From IMG/VR virus record IMGVR_UViG_3300020727_000063, positions 1 through 28,755 of that record: a stretch of 28,755 nucleotides of DNA, one strand, 5' to 3'. This DNA comes from a virus. Its lineage: Duplodnaviria; Caudoviricetes. Under the pieces are notes generated by a model that had not been told where the DNA came from, did not search any database, and saw only the letters and a list, made by a program, of their open reading frames with translations. Below, in pieces: positions 21,400 through 28,755 of this stretch. The position numbers and the translations under genes are program-made. The stretch's first letter is position 1. Each line of letters begins with the position of its first letter.

Positions 21400-22941
21400 A
21401 TGCCAATATCAACTAGCGGTTTATCAGTCCCACAAGTTTCTACAAATTACGATTCTAGTATTTATGGCAACAAAGATATGCCTAAAGCTATGACTATTGC
21501 TGATATGTTGGACATCAACAAAAAGCAATTAGACCTTCAAAAAGCCACAGAAACTTATGGTCCAGAAGTAGCAAAAACAAAATCAGAAGCAAAAAGATTA
21601 GAAGCTGAATCACAAAATGCTCAACAAATTGCTCAACAAAATGCTTTAAAAACAGTTAAAGCTCACGTTTCAAATATTGCTCAAGGAACAGCAGAACTTA
21701 GTACTGATCCTGATTTAACGCCAGAAAAAATACTTAAAAAATATAATGAAATAAATGCTGCTGCACCAGGTGATGCCGCTTCTAAAGCTGCTGCATTGCA
21801 ACAAGTGGTTGCTGGTATGCCTCAAAAAATGCCGTCAGAAACTGACGATCAATTTCAAACTAGATTGCAAACTTTTGTTGCAGTGAATCATTTAAAAGGT
21901 TTAGATCATTTAGCTGCTGTTCAACAAGCATACCCAGGAACTGCAAACGTAAGCACAGGAGGTCAAACTGTTAATGTATCAACAGGAAATCCTTTGCTTA
22001 CTGGGCAAGCTCCAGGAACACCAACTGGTGCTTATTTACAAAATACACTTGCTCCTACTGTTGCTGTAAGCCCTACAGGCGGCCCAATGGCATTTGGTGG
22101 AGGTGGTGTTCCTCAGGCTGGAAATTTAAACAATAGGCCTCGTGAAGTTCAAGTTGCTCCTGCAGGAGGTGGAGCAACTGCTACAGGTATGCAACAAACT
22201 GCGCCTAAAACCAATGCACCTCAAGGTGGTGGTGTCACAGCGCAATCTATGAATCAACCAAAAGGTGGTTCATCTGCCGTTCCTTATATTCAAGGTGAGC
22301 CTTATGATGCGTTTAGAACTCGTGCGGGCGATGTAGCTAAAATGATTCCATCTGCTCAAAAAGCTTTAAATATTAATGAGCCTGATGCAATTCCAAACGC
22401 AATATATACAAACGAAAAAATACAAAAACTACTTGAGGACAAGAATTTAAATATTGGCCCTATTGCTAATGCGATTGCAAATAATACAGGTGGTGTTGGT
22501 TTGGATGCAAAACAAGATGAAATTAGAAAATATCTTGAGCAACGTATTCGCATGGAATCAGCTAGATCAAATTCAGATCAAGCATCACAAAGAACTGCTT
22601 TTGGCTCATTTGGCACAAATAGAGAAGCTCTAAAACAAATTCTTTATAAAGACAATGGAAGTCTTGCAGGTCAAGAATTATATCAACGTGGTTTGTTAAA
22701 TCATGCTGGCGATGTTAATAAACCTAATCTTCAATCAGTTAATAAATTTAATAATGATTATGCAAAAATTGCTGATCCAAAAGTTGTTCATTTGATTGGC
22801 GTTATTGGCGATAAATCAATTAAAGATTTAAGTCAGTCAGACAAAAAACACTTGGCAAAAGAATTTCCTAATATGTCTGTTGAGCAATTTCAAAAATTAT
22901 TGGATAAACGTCAACAATTAATTGAATTAGTAGGTAAATAA
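21400..22941 (+). CDS. Putative DNA ejection protein (gp20-like position)
   Basis: 513 aa, helical with a G/P/Q-rich linker. Second of three genes in the ejection-protein position; called on synteny only. Confidence 0.5.
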   Translation: MPISTSGLSVPQVSTNYDSSIYGNKDMPKAMTIADMLDINKKQLDLQKATETYGPEVAKTKSEAKRLEAESQNAQQIAQQNALKTVKAHVSNIAQGTAELSTDPDLTPEKILKKYNEINAAAPGDAASKAAALQQVVAGMPQKMPSETDDQFQTRLQTFVAVNHLKGLDHLAAVQQAYPGTANVSTGGQTVNVSTGNPLLTGQAPGTPTGAYLQNTLAPTVAVSPTGGPMAFGGGGVPQAGNLNNRPREVQVAPAGGGATATGMQQTAPKTNAPQGGGVTAQSMNQPKGGSSAVPYIQGEPYDAFRTRAGDVAKMIPSAQKALNINEPDAIPNAIYTNEKIQKLLEDKNLNIGPIANAIANNTGGVGLDAKQDEIRKYLEQRIRMESARSNSDQASQRTAFGSFGTNREALKQILYKDNGSLAGQELYQRGLLNHAGDVNKPNLQSVNKFNNDYAKIADPKVVHLIGVIGDKSIKDLSQSDKKHLAKEFPNMSVEQFQKLLDKRQQLIELVGK

Positions 22942-24557
22942 TGGGAATTACTGCTGAAGATTTGGCTGGCATTGTAAAAGGTGGCAATGTAGAGGAACCT
23001 GCGCCAAAAATTAATGCTAAAGACCTTTATAACATTGTTTCAAATACTGAACCAACATCAGGTCGTGATTGGTCAGATGTTCCTATTCAAGCTATTACAA
23101 ACGTGCCAAAAAGTGCGTATGAATTTGGCAAAAATATTGTAGAAGCTGTAAAACATCCATTACAAACTGCTGGTGGAATTTTAGATTTAGGTGCTGGCGC
23201 TTTGCATAATATAACGCCTAAACATATTGCAGAATGGATTGATAAAGCAGATTGGAATCCAGACGCAAGCGAAAGAGCTGTTCAAACAGCAAACGCAGTA
23301 GGTCATTTATATAAAAACAGATACGGAACTAGCGAAGGTTTTAAAGAAGCATTAGCTACTGATCCTGTAGGAGTTGCTAGTGATGTTGCAACATTAATGT
23401 CTGGCGGATCAACATTAGCAAGCAAAGTTGGTGCAGTAGAAAAAGCAGTCAATTTAGCAAAAAATGCTGGTGTTCCTGAAAAAGCTATTGAAACTGCTGG
23501 TAAAGTTGCAGAAAATTTAAATCCCGTCACAGCAACTGGTAATGTAATAGGTTCTATTGGAAAACCATTTTTAGGCGGTTTAACGGGTAGCAGTCCTGAA
23601 ACTATAGGTCGTGCAGCATTATCTGGATTTGAAGGCGATACTTCGTTTCTTAATCAAATGCGTGAAAATGCTCCCATAAATGAGCCATTAGATGCAGCAA
23701 GAGCTAATTTAGCAACTATGCGTCAAAACAGAGGAAGTGTTTATCGTTCAGGAATGAGTGACATTTCTCAAGATAAATCTGTATTAAATTTTAAAGATAT
23801 TGATAAAGCCCTTAAAGAAGCAAAAGATTCTATTTCTTTCAAAGGCCAACCAGGGTTTGAAATTCCCACAAAAGTTCATGAAGATTTATCACAAATCATC
23901 AATGATTGGAAAAAACTTAATCCTGCTGAATATCATACGCCTGAAGGATTAGATTTTTTAAAACAAAAAATTGGCGATTATTCAAAAAGCATTGGTTATG
24001 AACATACAAATGCAAATAGAATTGCTAGTGATATTTATAATTCAATTAAAGGAACTGTATCAGAACAAGCTCCTAAATATGCTGAAGTTATGCGTGATTA
24101 TCACGATGCTTCAGATCAAATTCAAGAAATTGAAAAAGCACTTTCTTTAAAAAATAGGGCTTCTGCCGATACTGCTATGCGTAAATTGCAAAGCATTACT
24201 AGAAATAATGTTTCAACAAACTATGGCCAACGGATAAATCTTGCACAACAATTAGAGCAAGAGGGTGGCAGACCATTTATCAATGCTTTAGCAGGACAAG
24301 CAATGAGTTCTCCAAATGCTAGAGGATTGGCTGGAACTTTGCAATCTGGAACTGGTATTGCAGGTTTATATAATCCTTATTTATTAGCTATGCAAGCAAT
24401 TCAATCCCCAAGATTAGTTGGTGAAACATTATATGCTGGGGGTCGAATAGCTAAAGCAGTTTCTAATTTATCTAAAAAAACTGGAATAAATCAAACTAGA
24501 GGAAATACTTTAGCTGATATATTGCAAAACGTAAATAAAACGCAAGAGGAAGAATAA
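22941..24557 (+). CDS. Putative DNA ejection protein (gp16-like position)
   Basis: 538 aa, helical, A/G-rich. TDPVGV, LDFLKQKI and SPRLVGE motifs. Translationally coupled. Confidence 0.55.
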   Translation: MGITAEDLAGIVKGGNVEEPAPKINAKDLYNIVSNTEPTSGRDWSDVPIQAITNVPKSAYEFGKNIVEAVKHPLQTAGGILDLGAGALHNITPKHIAEWIDKADWNPDASERAVQTANAVGHLYKNRYGTSEGFKEALATDPVGVASDVATLMSGGSTLASKVGAVEKAVNLAKNAGVPEKAIETAGKVAENLNPVTATGNVIGSIGKPFLGGLTGSSPETIGRAALSGFEGDTSFLNQMRENAPINEPLDAARANLATMRQNRGSVYRSGMSDISQDKSVLNFKDIDKALKEAKDSISFKGQPGFEIPTKVHEDLSQIINDWKKLNPAEYHTPEGLDFLKQKIGDYSKSIGYEHTNANRIASDIYNSIKGTVSEQAPKYAEVMRDYHDASDQIQEIEKALSLKNRASADTAMRKLQSITRNNVSTNYGQRINLAQQLEQEGGRPFINALAGQAMSSPNARGLAGTLQSGTGIAGLYNPYLLAMQAIQSPRLVGETLYAGGRIAKAVSNLSKKTGINQTRGNTLADILQNVNKTQEEE

Positions 24558-25309
24558 TGGCAACAGTAAATCTATCACCAGTAGGTAATGGAACTACATT
24601 TTTTGGTTCTACTGGACTACCTTTAAGTGGTGGTTTAATCTACACTTATCAAGCTGGCTCATCTACGCCATTAGCTACCTATAGTGACAATGGTGGCTCA
24701 ATTCCTAATACAAACCCTATTGTTTTAAATTCAGCAGGGCAAACCCCTAGTGAAGTTTGGATGATTGCTGGCTATTCGTACAAAATGCAAATTCAAACGT
24801 CTGCTGGCGTTATTGTTCAAACATTAGATAATTTATATGGTATTCCTACATCATCAGGCGGTGGTGGCGGTACTTCAGTTCCTACAGGTTGTATTTTAAT
24901 TTGGTCAGGTTCAGCAGGCTCAATTCCTAGTGGATTTCAGCTTTGCGATGGCACAAACGGAACTCCTGATTTACGCAATTCATTTGTATTAGGTGCAGGA
25001 AACAGTTATGTAGTAGGTCAAACAGGTGGTTCAGCAGATGCAGTTTTAGCAAGCCATACCCATACTGCTACTTCTGTTGTTACAGACCCAGGACACGTTC
25101 ATAGCACAAGAACAAACTCTGGTGGTGCTGGTAGCGATGCTGGTTATATTCCAACAGGTTTTAATAATTTCTTTGGCTCAACAGCGCATGGTATGGATTC
25201 AGCTACAACAGGCATTACTGTAGCTACAACTAACGCTGCATCAGGTGTTAGCCCTACAGGTGGTAATTTGCCACCTTATTACGCACTTTGCTACATTTAT
25301 AAGACTTAA
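24557..25309 (+). CDS. Tail appendage: tailspike head-binding-like N-terminus plus tail-collar domain
   Basis: N-terminal GLPLSGGLIYTYQAGSSTPLATYSD..NPIVLNSAG, collar motif VPTGCILIWSG..IPSGFQLCDGTNGTPDLRNSFVLGAG, and C-terminal NLPPYYALCYIYK. Confidence 0.75.
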   Translation: MATVNLSPVGNGTTFFGSTGLPLSGGLIYTYQAGSSTPLATYSDNGGSIPNTNPIVLNSAGQTPSEVWMIAGYSYKMQIQTSAGVIVQTLDNLYGIPTSSGGGGGTSVPTGCILIWSGSAGSIPSGFQLCDGTNGTPDLRNSFVLGAGNSYVVGQTGGSADAVLASHTHTATSVVTDPGHVHSTRTNSGGAGSDAGYIPTGFNNFFGSTAHGMDSATTGITVATTNAASGVSPTGGNLPPYYALCYIYKT

Positions 25310-25310
25310 T

Positions 25311-25517
25311 ATGATTGACATTGATCCAGTTAAAGTTGGGGTAATGTGGCAAAAAGTTGAGGCTATGGAAAAAGAAGTAGCTGAAATGCGTACTGATATT
25401 AAAGAGTTACTAGCTATGGCAAATAAAGGTCGTGGTGGCTTTTGGGTTGGCATGATGGTTGTATCAGGCATTAGTTCTTTTGTAGGCTTTGTAGCACACT
25501 ATTTCAGCGCAAAATGA
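25311..25517 (+). CDS. Small membrane protein (coiled coil plus C-terminal TM), lysis-region candidate
   Basis: ATG 25311 follows the upstream stop. GGFWVGMMVVSGISSFVGFVAHYF is a hydrophobic segment. Confidence 0.6.
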   Translation: MIDIDPVKVGVMWQKVEAMEKEVAEMRTDIKELLAMANKGRGGFWVGMMVVSGISSFVGFVAHYFSAK

Positions 25518-25520
25518 ACC

Positions 25521-25970
25521 ATGTCAGACCCATTCGGTATTGCACAAGGGGCAAAAACTCTTAGTCACAGTATTGATGCGAGCAGAGAAGCTAGTAAAGG
25601 TTTATCTAAAAGTATAGAAGGTGTACAAAAAGACGGTTTAGATGTAGCACAAAAGATGGCCCATGAAAGACGTAGGGCGCAAAAAGAAGCAGAGCATAAG
25701 AAGCAAACAGCATTAATTAAGGCTTTAGAAGATTGGCAACACAAGAAACAAATTAACGAAAAAGAAGCAAAGTTAAAGATTGATTTTGTAAAGAAGTATG
25801 GTGCTAAAGAATGGGATGCTGTTTTAAAGATTAAGCTAGATATTGAGAATATGGAAAGGCAGAATAATGAAGATTTTAAGCATGACCTTAAAGAAATTAG
25901 GAGAGTACAGTTCTATTGCTTTGCGTTGGCTGCGGTCATCGCTTGGTATCTAACCTGGGGATATAAATGA
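25521..25970 (+). CDS. Charged coiled-coil protein with C-terminal TM
   Basis: 149 aa ending FYCFALAAVIAWYLTW. Confidence 0.6.
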   Translation: MSDPFGIAQGAKTLSHSIDASREASKGLSKSIEGVQKDGLDVAQKMAHERRRAQKEAEHKKQTALIKALEDWQHKKQINEKEAKLKIDFVKKYGAKEWDAVLKIKLDIENMERQNNEDFKHDLKEIRRVQFYCFALAAVIAWYLTWGYK

Positions 25971-26200
25971 ACATATTGACTCATATTCTTACAGGAAAAG
26001 ATAACCAGACCCATGACATTGCTAAATGGGCATGGATGCTTGGATTCTTGCTTGTAGGGTTTTCTGCTATATATTTAATCTATACAGGCAAAGAAATCAG
26101 TCTTACTGAACTAGCTGGTGCTTTAGGCATCGTATCAGGTTCAGGTGCAGCTTCAGTAGCAGGTAAACACATGGCAGGTGCAGAGCCTGATCCACAATGA
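25967..26200 (+). CDS. Holin candidate (2 TM)
   Basis: 77 aa with two hydrophobic segments. ATGA overlaps on both sides, adjacent to the spanins and endolysin. Confidence 0.5.
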   Translation: MNILTHILTGKDNQTHDIAKWAWMLGFLLVGFSAIYLIYTGKEISLTELAGALGIVSGSGAASVAGKHMAGAEPDPQ

Positions 26201-26628
26201 ATTTTATTCTTTCTCTTTTAGGCGGTTCAAGTGTCCAAATTTACATATATTTGGCTGTTTTATTTGCTGGTTTTAGTGGCGGCTTTTATGTGGAGCATTT
26301 GCGCTTTGCTGATTTCCAAGATGGAGTCAAGATCGTTGCAGAAAAACAGATTGCTGAAAATAAAGCAAAAGAGAAAGAACAAGAATTAATAAATAGAGGA
26401 GTAACAGATGCGTACAACGCTAATCTTAGTAATATTCACAATTTTTATCACGGGATGCTCAACGACACCAGTAGCGGTGCAATGTCCACCAATGGCACAG
26501 CCACCATCACAATTAATGGCGAAGCCCATAACCTTTTACTTGTTGCCGAGCAATGCGCCGACACGACAACCCAATTAATAGCCCTTCAAGGCTGGATTAA
26601 CGAACAAGCAGGATTAGATGCAAAATAA
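26197..26628 (+). CDS. Rz: i-spanin, Rz-like
   Basis: N-terminal TM, coiled coil, and C-terminal AEQCAD..QLIALQGWI. Contains an embedded lipoprotein gene. Confidence 0.8.
   Translation: MNFILSLLGGSSVQIYIYLAVLFAGFSGGFYVEHLRFADFQDGVKIVAEKQIAENKAKEKEQELINRGVTDAYNANLSNIHNFYHGMLNDTSSGAMSTNGTATITINGEAHNLLLVAEQCADTTTQLIALQGWINEQAGLDAK
26408..26578 (+). CDS. Rz1: o-spanin, Rz1-like lipoprotein, 56 aa, embedded in the +1 frame (not in the ORF track)
   Basis: SD AGAGGAG (26395-26401). MRTTLILVIFTIFITG-CSTTPVAVQCPPMAQPPSQLMAKP... shows a signal peptide, lipobox ITGC and a Pro-rich mature part. Confidence 0.85.
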   Translation: MRTTLILVIFTIFITGCSTTPVAVQCPPMAQPPSQLMAKPITFYLLPSNAPTRQPN

Positions 26629-27145
26629 CTTTGATAAATGCCTTGATTTAGTTCTTAAATCAGAAGGTGGCTATGTTAATAATAGCCAAGACCCAGGTGG
26701 AGTTACTAATTTAGGAGTAACTCAAAGAGTTCTTGAAGAATGGTTAGGCCATCCTGTAGATGACAAGATTATGCGTAATCTTACAGTTGATCAGGTATCA
26801 GGACTTTATAAGGCTAAGTATTGGATGGCTTGCTACGCACCACAACTGCCTGTAGGAGTTGATTATTGCTTATTTGATGCAGCAGTCAACATGGGGCCTG
26901 GAAGGGCTGTAAAGCTCTTACAAGAAGCCATACAATGTATGCCTGATGGCACTATTGGCCCAAGAACTATGCAGCTTTTAGATCAAAAAAAGCCAGAAGA
27001 TATTGTAGATGCGTTTAGTCAGCGTAAAATTAACTTTTATGAAGGCCTTAAAACATTTCCTGTATTTGGAAAGGGTTGGCTCAAACGAGTTGAAGATGTA
27101 AAATTTAACGCATTAAATATGATTGGAGAAGCAAATGGCATTTGA
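26618..27145 (+). CDS. Endolysin, glycoside hydrolase family 108 with peptidoglycan-binding domain
   Basis: LKSEGGYVN, DPGGVTNLGVT, FDAAVNMG, DGTIGPRT and FGKGWLKRV. Confidence 0.92.
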   Translation: MQNNFDKCLDLVLKSEGGYVNNSQDPGGVTNLGVTQRVLEEWLGHPVDDKIMRNLTVDQVSGLYKAKYWMACYAPQLPVGVDYCLFDAAVNMGPGRAVKLLQEAIQCMPDGTIGPRTMQLLDQKKPEDIVDAFSQRKINFYEGLKTFPVFGKGWLKRVEDVKFNALNMIGEANGI

Positions 27146-27338
27146 AATTAAAGAACATAAGCAAAAATCTACAAAAACAGGTCATTATGTTAAAGACTCT
27201 GAGCATCGCACAGAAGATCGTGTAAATCGCTTAGAAAAGAAGCTAGACAAACATATTGCTTTGCCTATGGAGAAAGCTCACCATCCACATCAAGCAAGCC
27301 AAAAAGAAGCTCCTTTGCCTAATATGAGGAAGTATTAA
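27135..27338 (+). CDS. Small basic His/Lys-rich hypothetical protein
   Basis: SD GGAG before ATG 27135, overlapping the endolysin end. Confidence 0.55.
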   Translation: MAFEIKEHKQKSTKTGHYVKDSEHRTEDRVNRLEKKLDKHIALPMEKAHHPHQASQKEAPLPNMRKY

Positions 27339-27763
27339 AATAAGTCTGTTAATTCAGCTATTTTAAATAATTTGATGGGGCAGTCGTAAAATAACTCCCC
27401 TTTAGCAACATATTTGTTAGGAACTTCAATTAATGGGCAATTCTCTAAAGAGCTTACTTTTGCCCAATAAGCACGATGTAAGTCGTGAGTTAAAGCAAAA
27501 AATAGAACAGGCAGATTGCCTAGAGTTAGCTTGTCTTTACGTTGCGCTTTGTGAATACTACCAAATTGATCAAAACCTTCTTGTCGAACTTCTACCTCAA
27601 GCGCACCAACTGGAACACCTGATCGATAAACGATTAGATCAACTCCATACTTATTAGGGTTATCTTTACACTCTACGCCCCATTTCATTTGTATCCAGTC
27701 GGATACAGCTTTACGAGCAGGCGCATCATACTTATCGTGTAAATATTGGCTAAATAATTTCAA
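27335..27763 (-). CDS. Hypothetical protein, possible PD-(D/E)xK nuclease-like fold
   Basis: KYGVDLIV...ALEVEVR spacing resembles D...ExK-type cores. Also VPNKYVAKGELFY. Confidence 0.5.
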   Translation of the reverse strand: MKLFSQYLHDKYDAPARKAVSDWIQMKWGVECKDNPNKYGVDLIVYRSGVPVGALEVEVRQEGFDQFGSIHKAQRKDKLTLGNLPVLFFALTHDLHRAYWAKVSSLENCPLIEVPNKYVAKGELFYDCPIKLFKIAELTDLF

Positions 27764-27975
27764 TGTCTAAGTGCAATTACTAAAACTATGAAACAAAGCA
27801 AAAGAATATATGACACATTGCACCAATATTCAAAACGCAGCTTATAAGGATCACCAATAAGCCACTTTTGCAATTCAAGCATATCTGAATCGTGTTCTAT
27901 ATAACGTGGTTTAAGTGGGTTTTCGTCATACCTAGAACTAATTAAGACTTTGCCGTTATTTAGAAAATCAATCAT
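27760..27975 (-). CDS. Small membrane protein
   Basis: 71 aa with a C-terminal hydrophobic stretch, coupled to its neighbours. Confidence 0.55.
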   Translation of the reverse strand: MIDFLNNGKVLISSRYDENPLKPRYIEHDSDMLELQKWLIGDPYKLRFEYWCNVSYILLLCFIVLVIALRH

Positions 27976-28225
27976 TCTCTTGTGCCTTTCTTAGTATTAG
28001 ATAAGCAAAATAATGTTGTTGTGTAGTAAAACCTTGTTGCATAGCAATACCATCTTCCTGTGATTCTGCCCACAATTCGTTTACTACATCATCTGTTAGT
28101 GTCTTTACTGGATGGGTGTAGAGTGGAATACCATTTTTTAATTGCTGGCTACCAATATAGCAGTCGTAGTGTGGCAATCTTTCAAGGTCGTATGGGTCTA
28201 TGTATGCTACTGGTTCATTGTTCAT
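27968..28225 (-). CDS. Phage hypothetical protein
   Basis: MNNEPVAY...PLYTHP.KTLTDD...FAYLILRKAQE, a modular pattern common in small phage early genes. Confidence 0.7.
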   Translation of the reverse strand: MNNEPVAYIDPYDLERLPHYDCYIGSQQLKNGIPLYTHPVKTLTDDVVNELWAESQEDGIAMQQGFTTQQHYFAYLILRKAQEND

Positions 28226-28421
28226 TTGCTTTTGCCTTTTCTAGTTGATGCACTCGGCTCATTGCCTGTGTAGCCAAGTTGTGCATATCTTTGTACTTAC
28301 GCTTCCATTCTTCTATTTCAGCTTGTTGCTGGCGTAGCATGGTGGCTGTATGATTTCGTTCCCACATAGTTAGTTCTTCAGTTTTAAATGCTTGTATTTC
28401 AGCTAGTTCATTTGCGTTCAT
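28215..28421 (-). CDS. Phage hypothetical coiled-coil protein
   Basis: MNANELAE...ATMLRQQQAEIEE; overlaps both neighbours. Confidence 0.7.
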   Translation of the reverse strand: MNANELAEIQAFKTEELTMWERNHTATMLRQQQAEIEEWKRKYKDMHNLATQAMSRVHQLEKAKANEQ

Positions 28422-28633
28422 TTCTTTTTATTGTCCATGTCCATGTTTAACAGAGCAACCATGCTTTTATCTAAACGCTCAGAAATATTGACACAAACAT
28501 CTTTACAAAGCCAAAGAGTGCCACTTTCTGTATTTTCTGTAAGTTTTTCAGCAACTAACTCTAAAACATTGCCTAAGCAGCTTATTTGATTAGCGATTTT
28601 TTCAAGTTCGCCAGCTTCATCCCATAAACTCAT
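28418..28633 (-). CDS. Hypothetical protein
   Basis: The start at 28633 (MSLWDEAG...) forms an ATGA overlap with the upstream gene and is preferred over 28660. Confidence 0.6.
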   Translation of the reverse strand: MSLWDEAGELEKIANQISCLGNVLELVAEKLTENTESGTLWLCKDVCVNISERLDKSMVALLNMDMDNKKK

Positions 28634-28755
28634 TTTTGATCCCTTGCTGGAGTTGTCCAAAGCTGCTCAATATGTTCTGTAGCACCCATCTTTACAAGTT
28701 CACTTTTATAGAAGTGTCGTGCAACGTAATCTGCTCGTATAAACTTGCTTTCTTT
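28630..28755 (-). CDS. 3' end of a hypothetical gene truncated by the window edge
   Basis: Open frame KESKFIRADYVARHFYKSELVKMGATEHIEQLWTTPARDQK-stop, ending in an ATGA overlap. Confidence 0.55.
   Translation of the reverse strand, partial: KESKFIRADYVARHFYKSELVKMGATEHIEQLWTTPARDQK

Overview
AT-rich tailed-phage DNA. Positions 1-27338 (+) hold a complete P22-like (podovirus-type) virion and lysis module: GroES-like co-chaperonin (5'-truncated), free-standing GIY-YIG/NUMOD3 endonuclease, TerS, TerL, portal, scaffold, major capsid, accessory and fibre proteins, gp4/gp10-like tail-hub proteins flanking an HNH endonuclease, three ejection-protein candidates, holin candidates, embedded Rz/Rz1 spanins (so a Gram-negative host) and a GH108 endolysin. 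Small convergent genes follow on the - strand. The main result is that the major capsid gene (6113-7852) is split into four exons, which the ORF track misses. Two of the interruptions are compact, ORF-less, paralogous group I introns (6306-6535 and 6638-6874). The third is only 40 nt (6232-6271). It obeys group I splice-site rules (U before the 5' site, terminal G, internal guide forming P1 and P10) but has no catalytic core, so it is a candidate core-less 'satellite' mini-intron that would have to be excised by a neighbouring ribozyme. Other points of interest are an HNH gene with an ATA start and a hairpin-sequestered RBS, a four-copy 18-bp palindrome at gene junctions, rare-codon patches, and nested domain insertions in the tail-hub proteins. 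All calls come from manual reading and motif recognition; no searches or folding programs were run.
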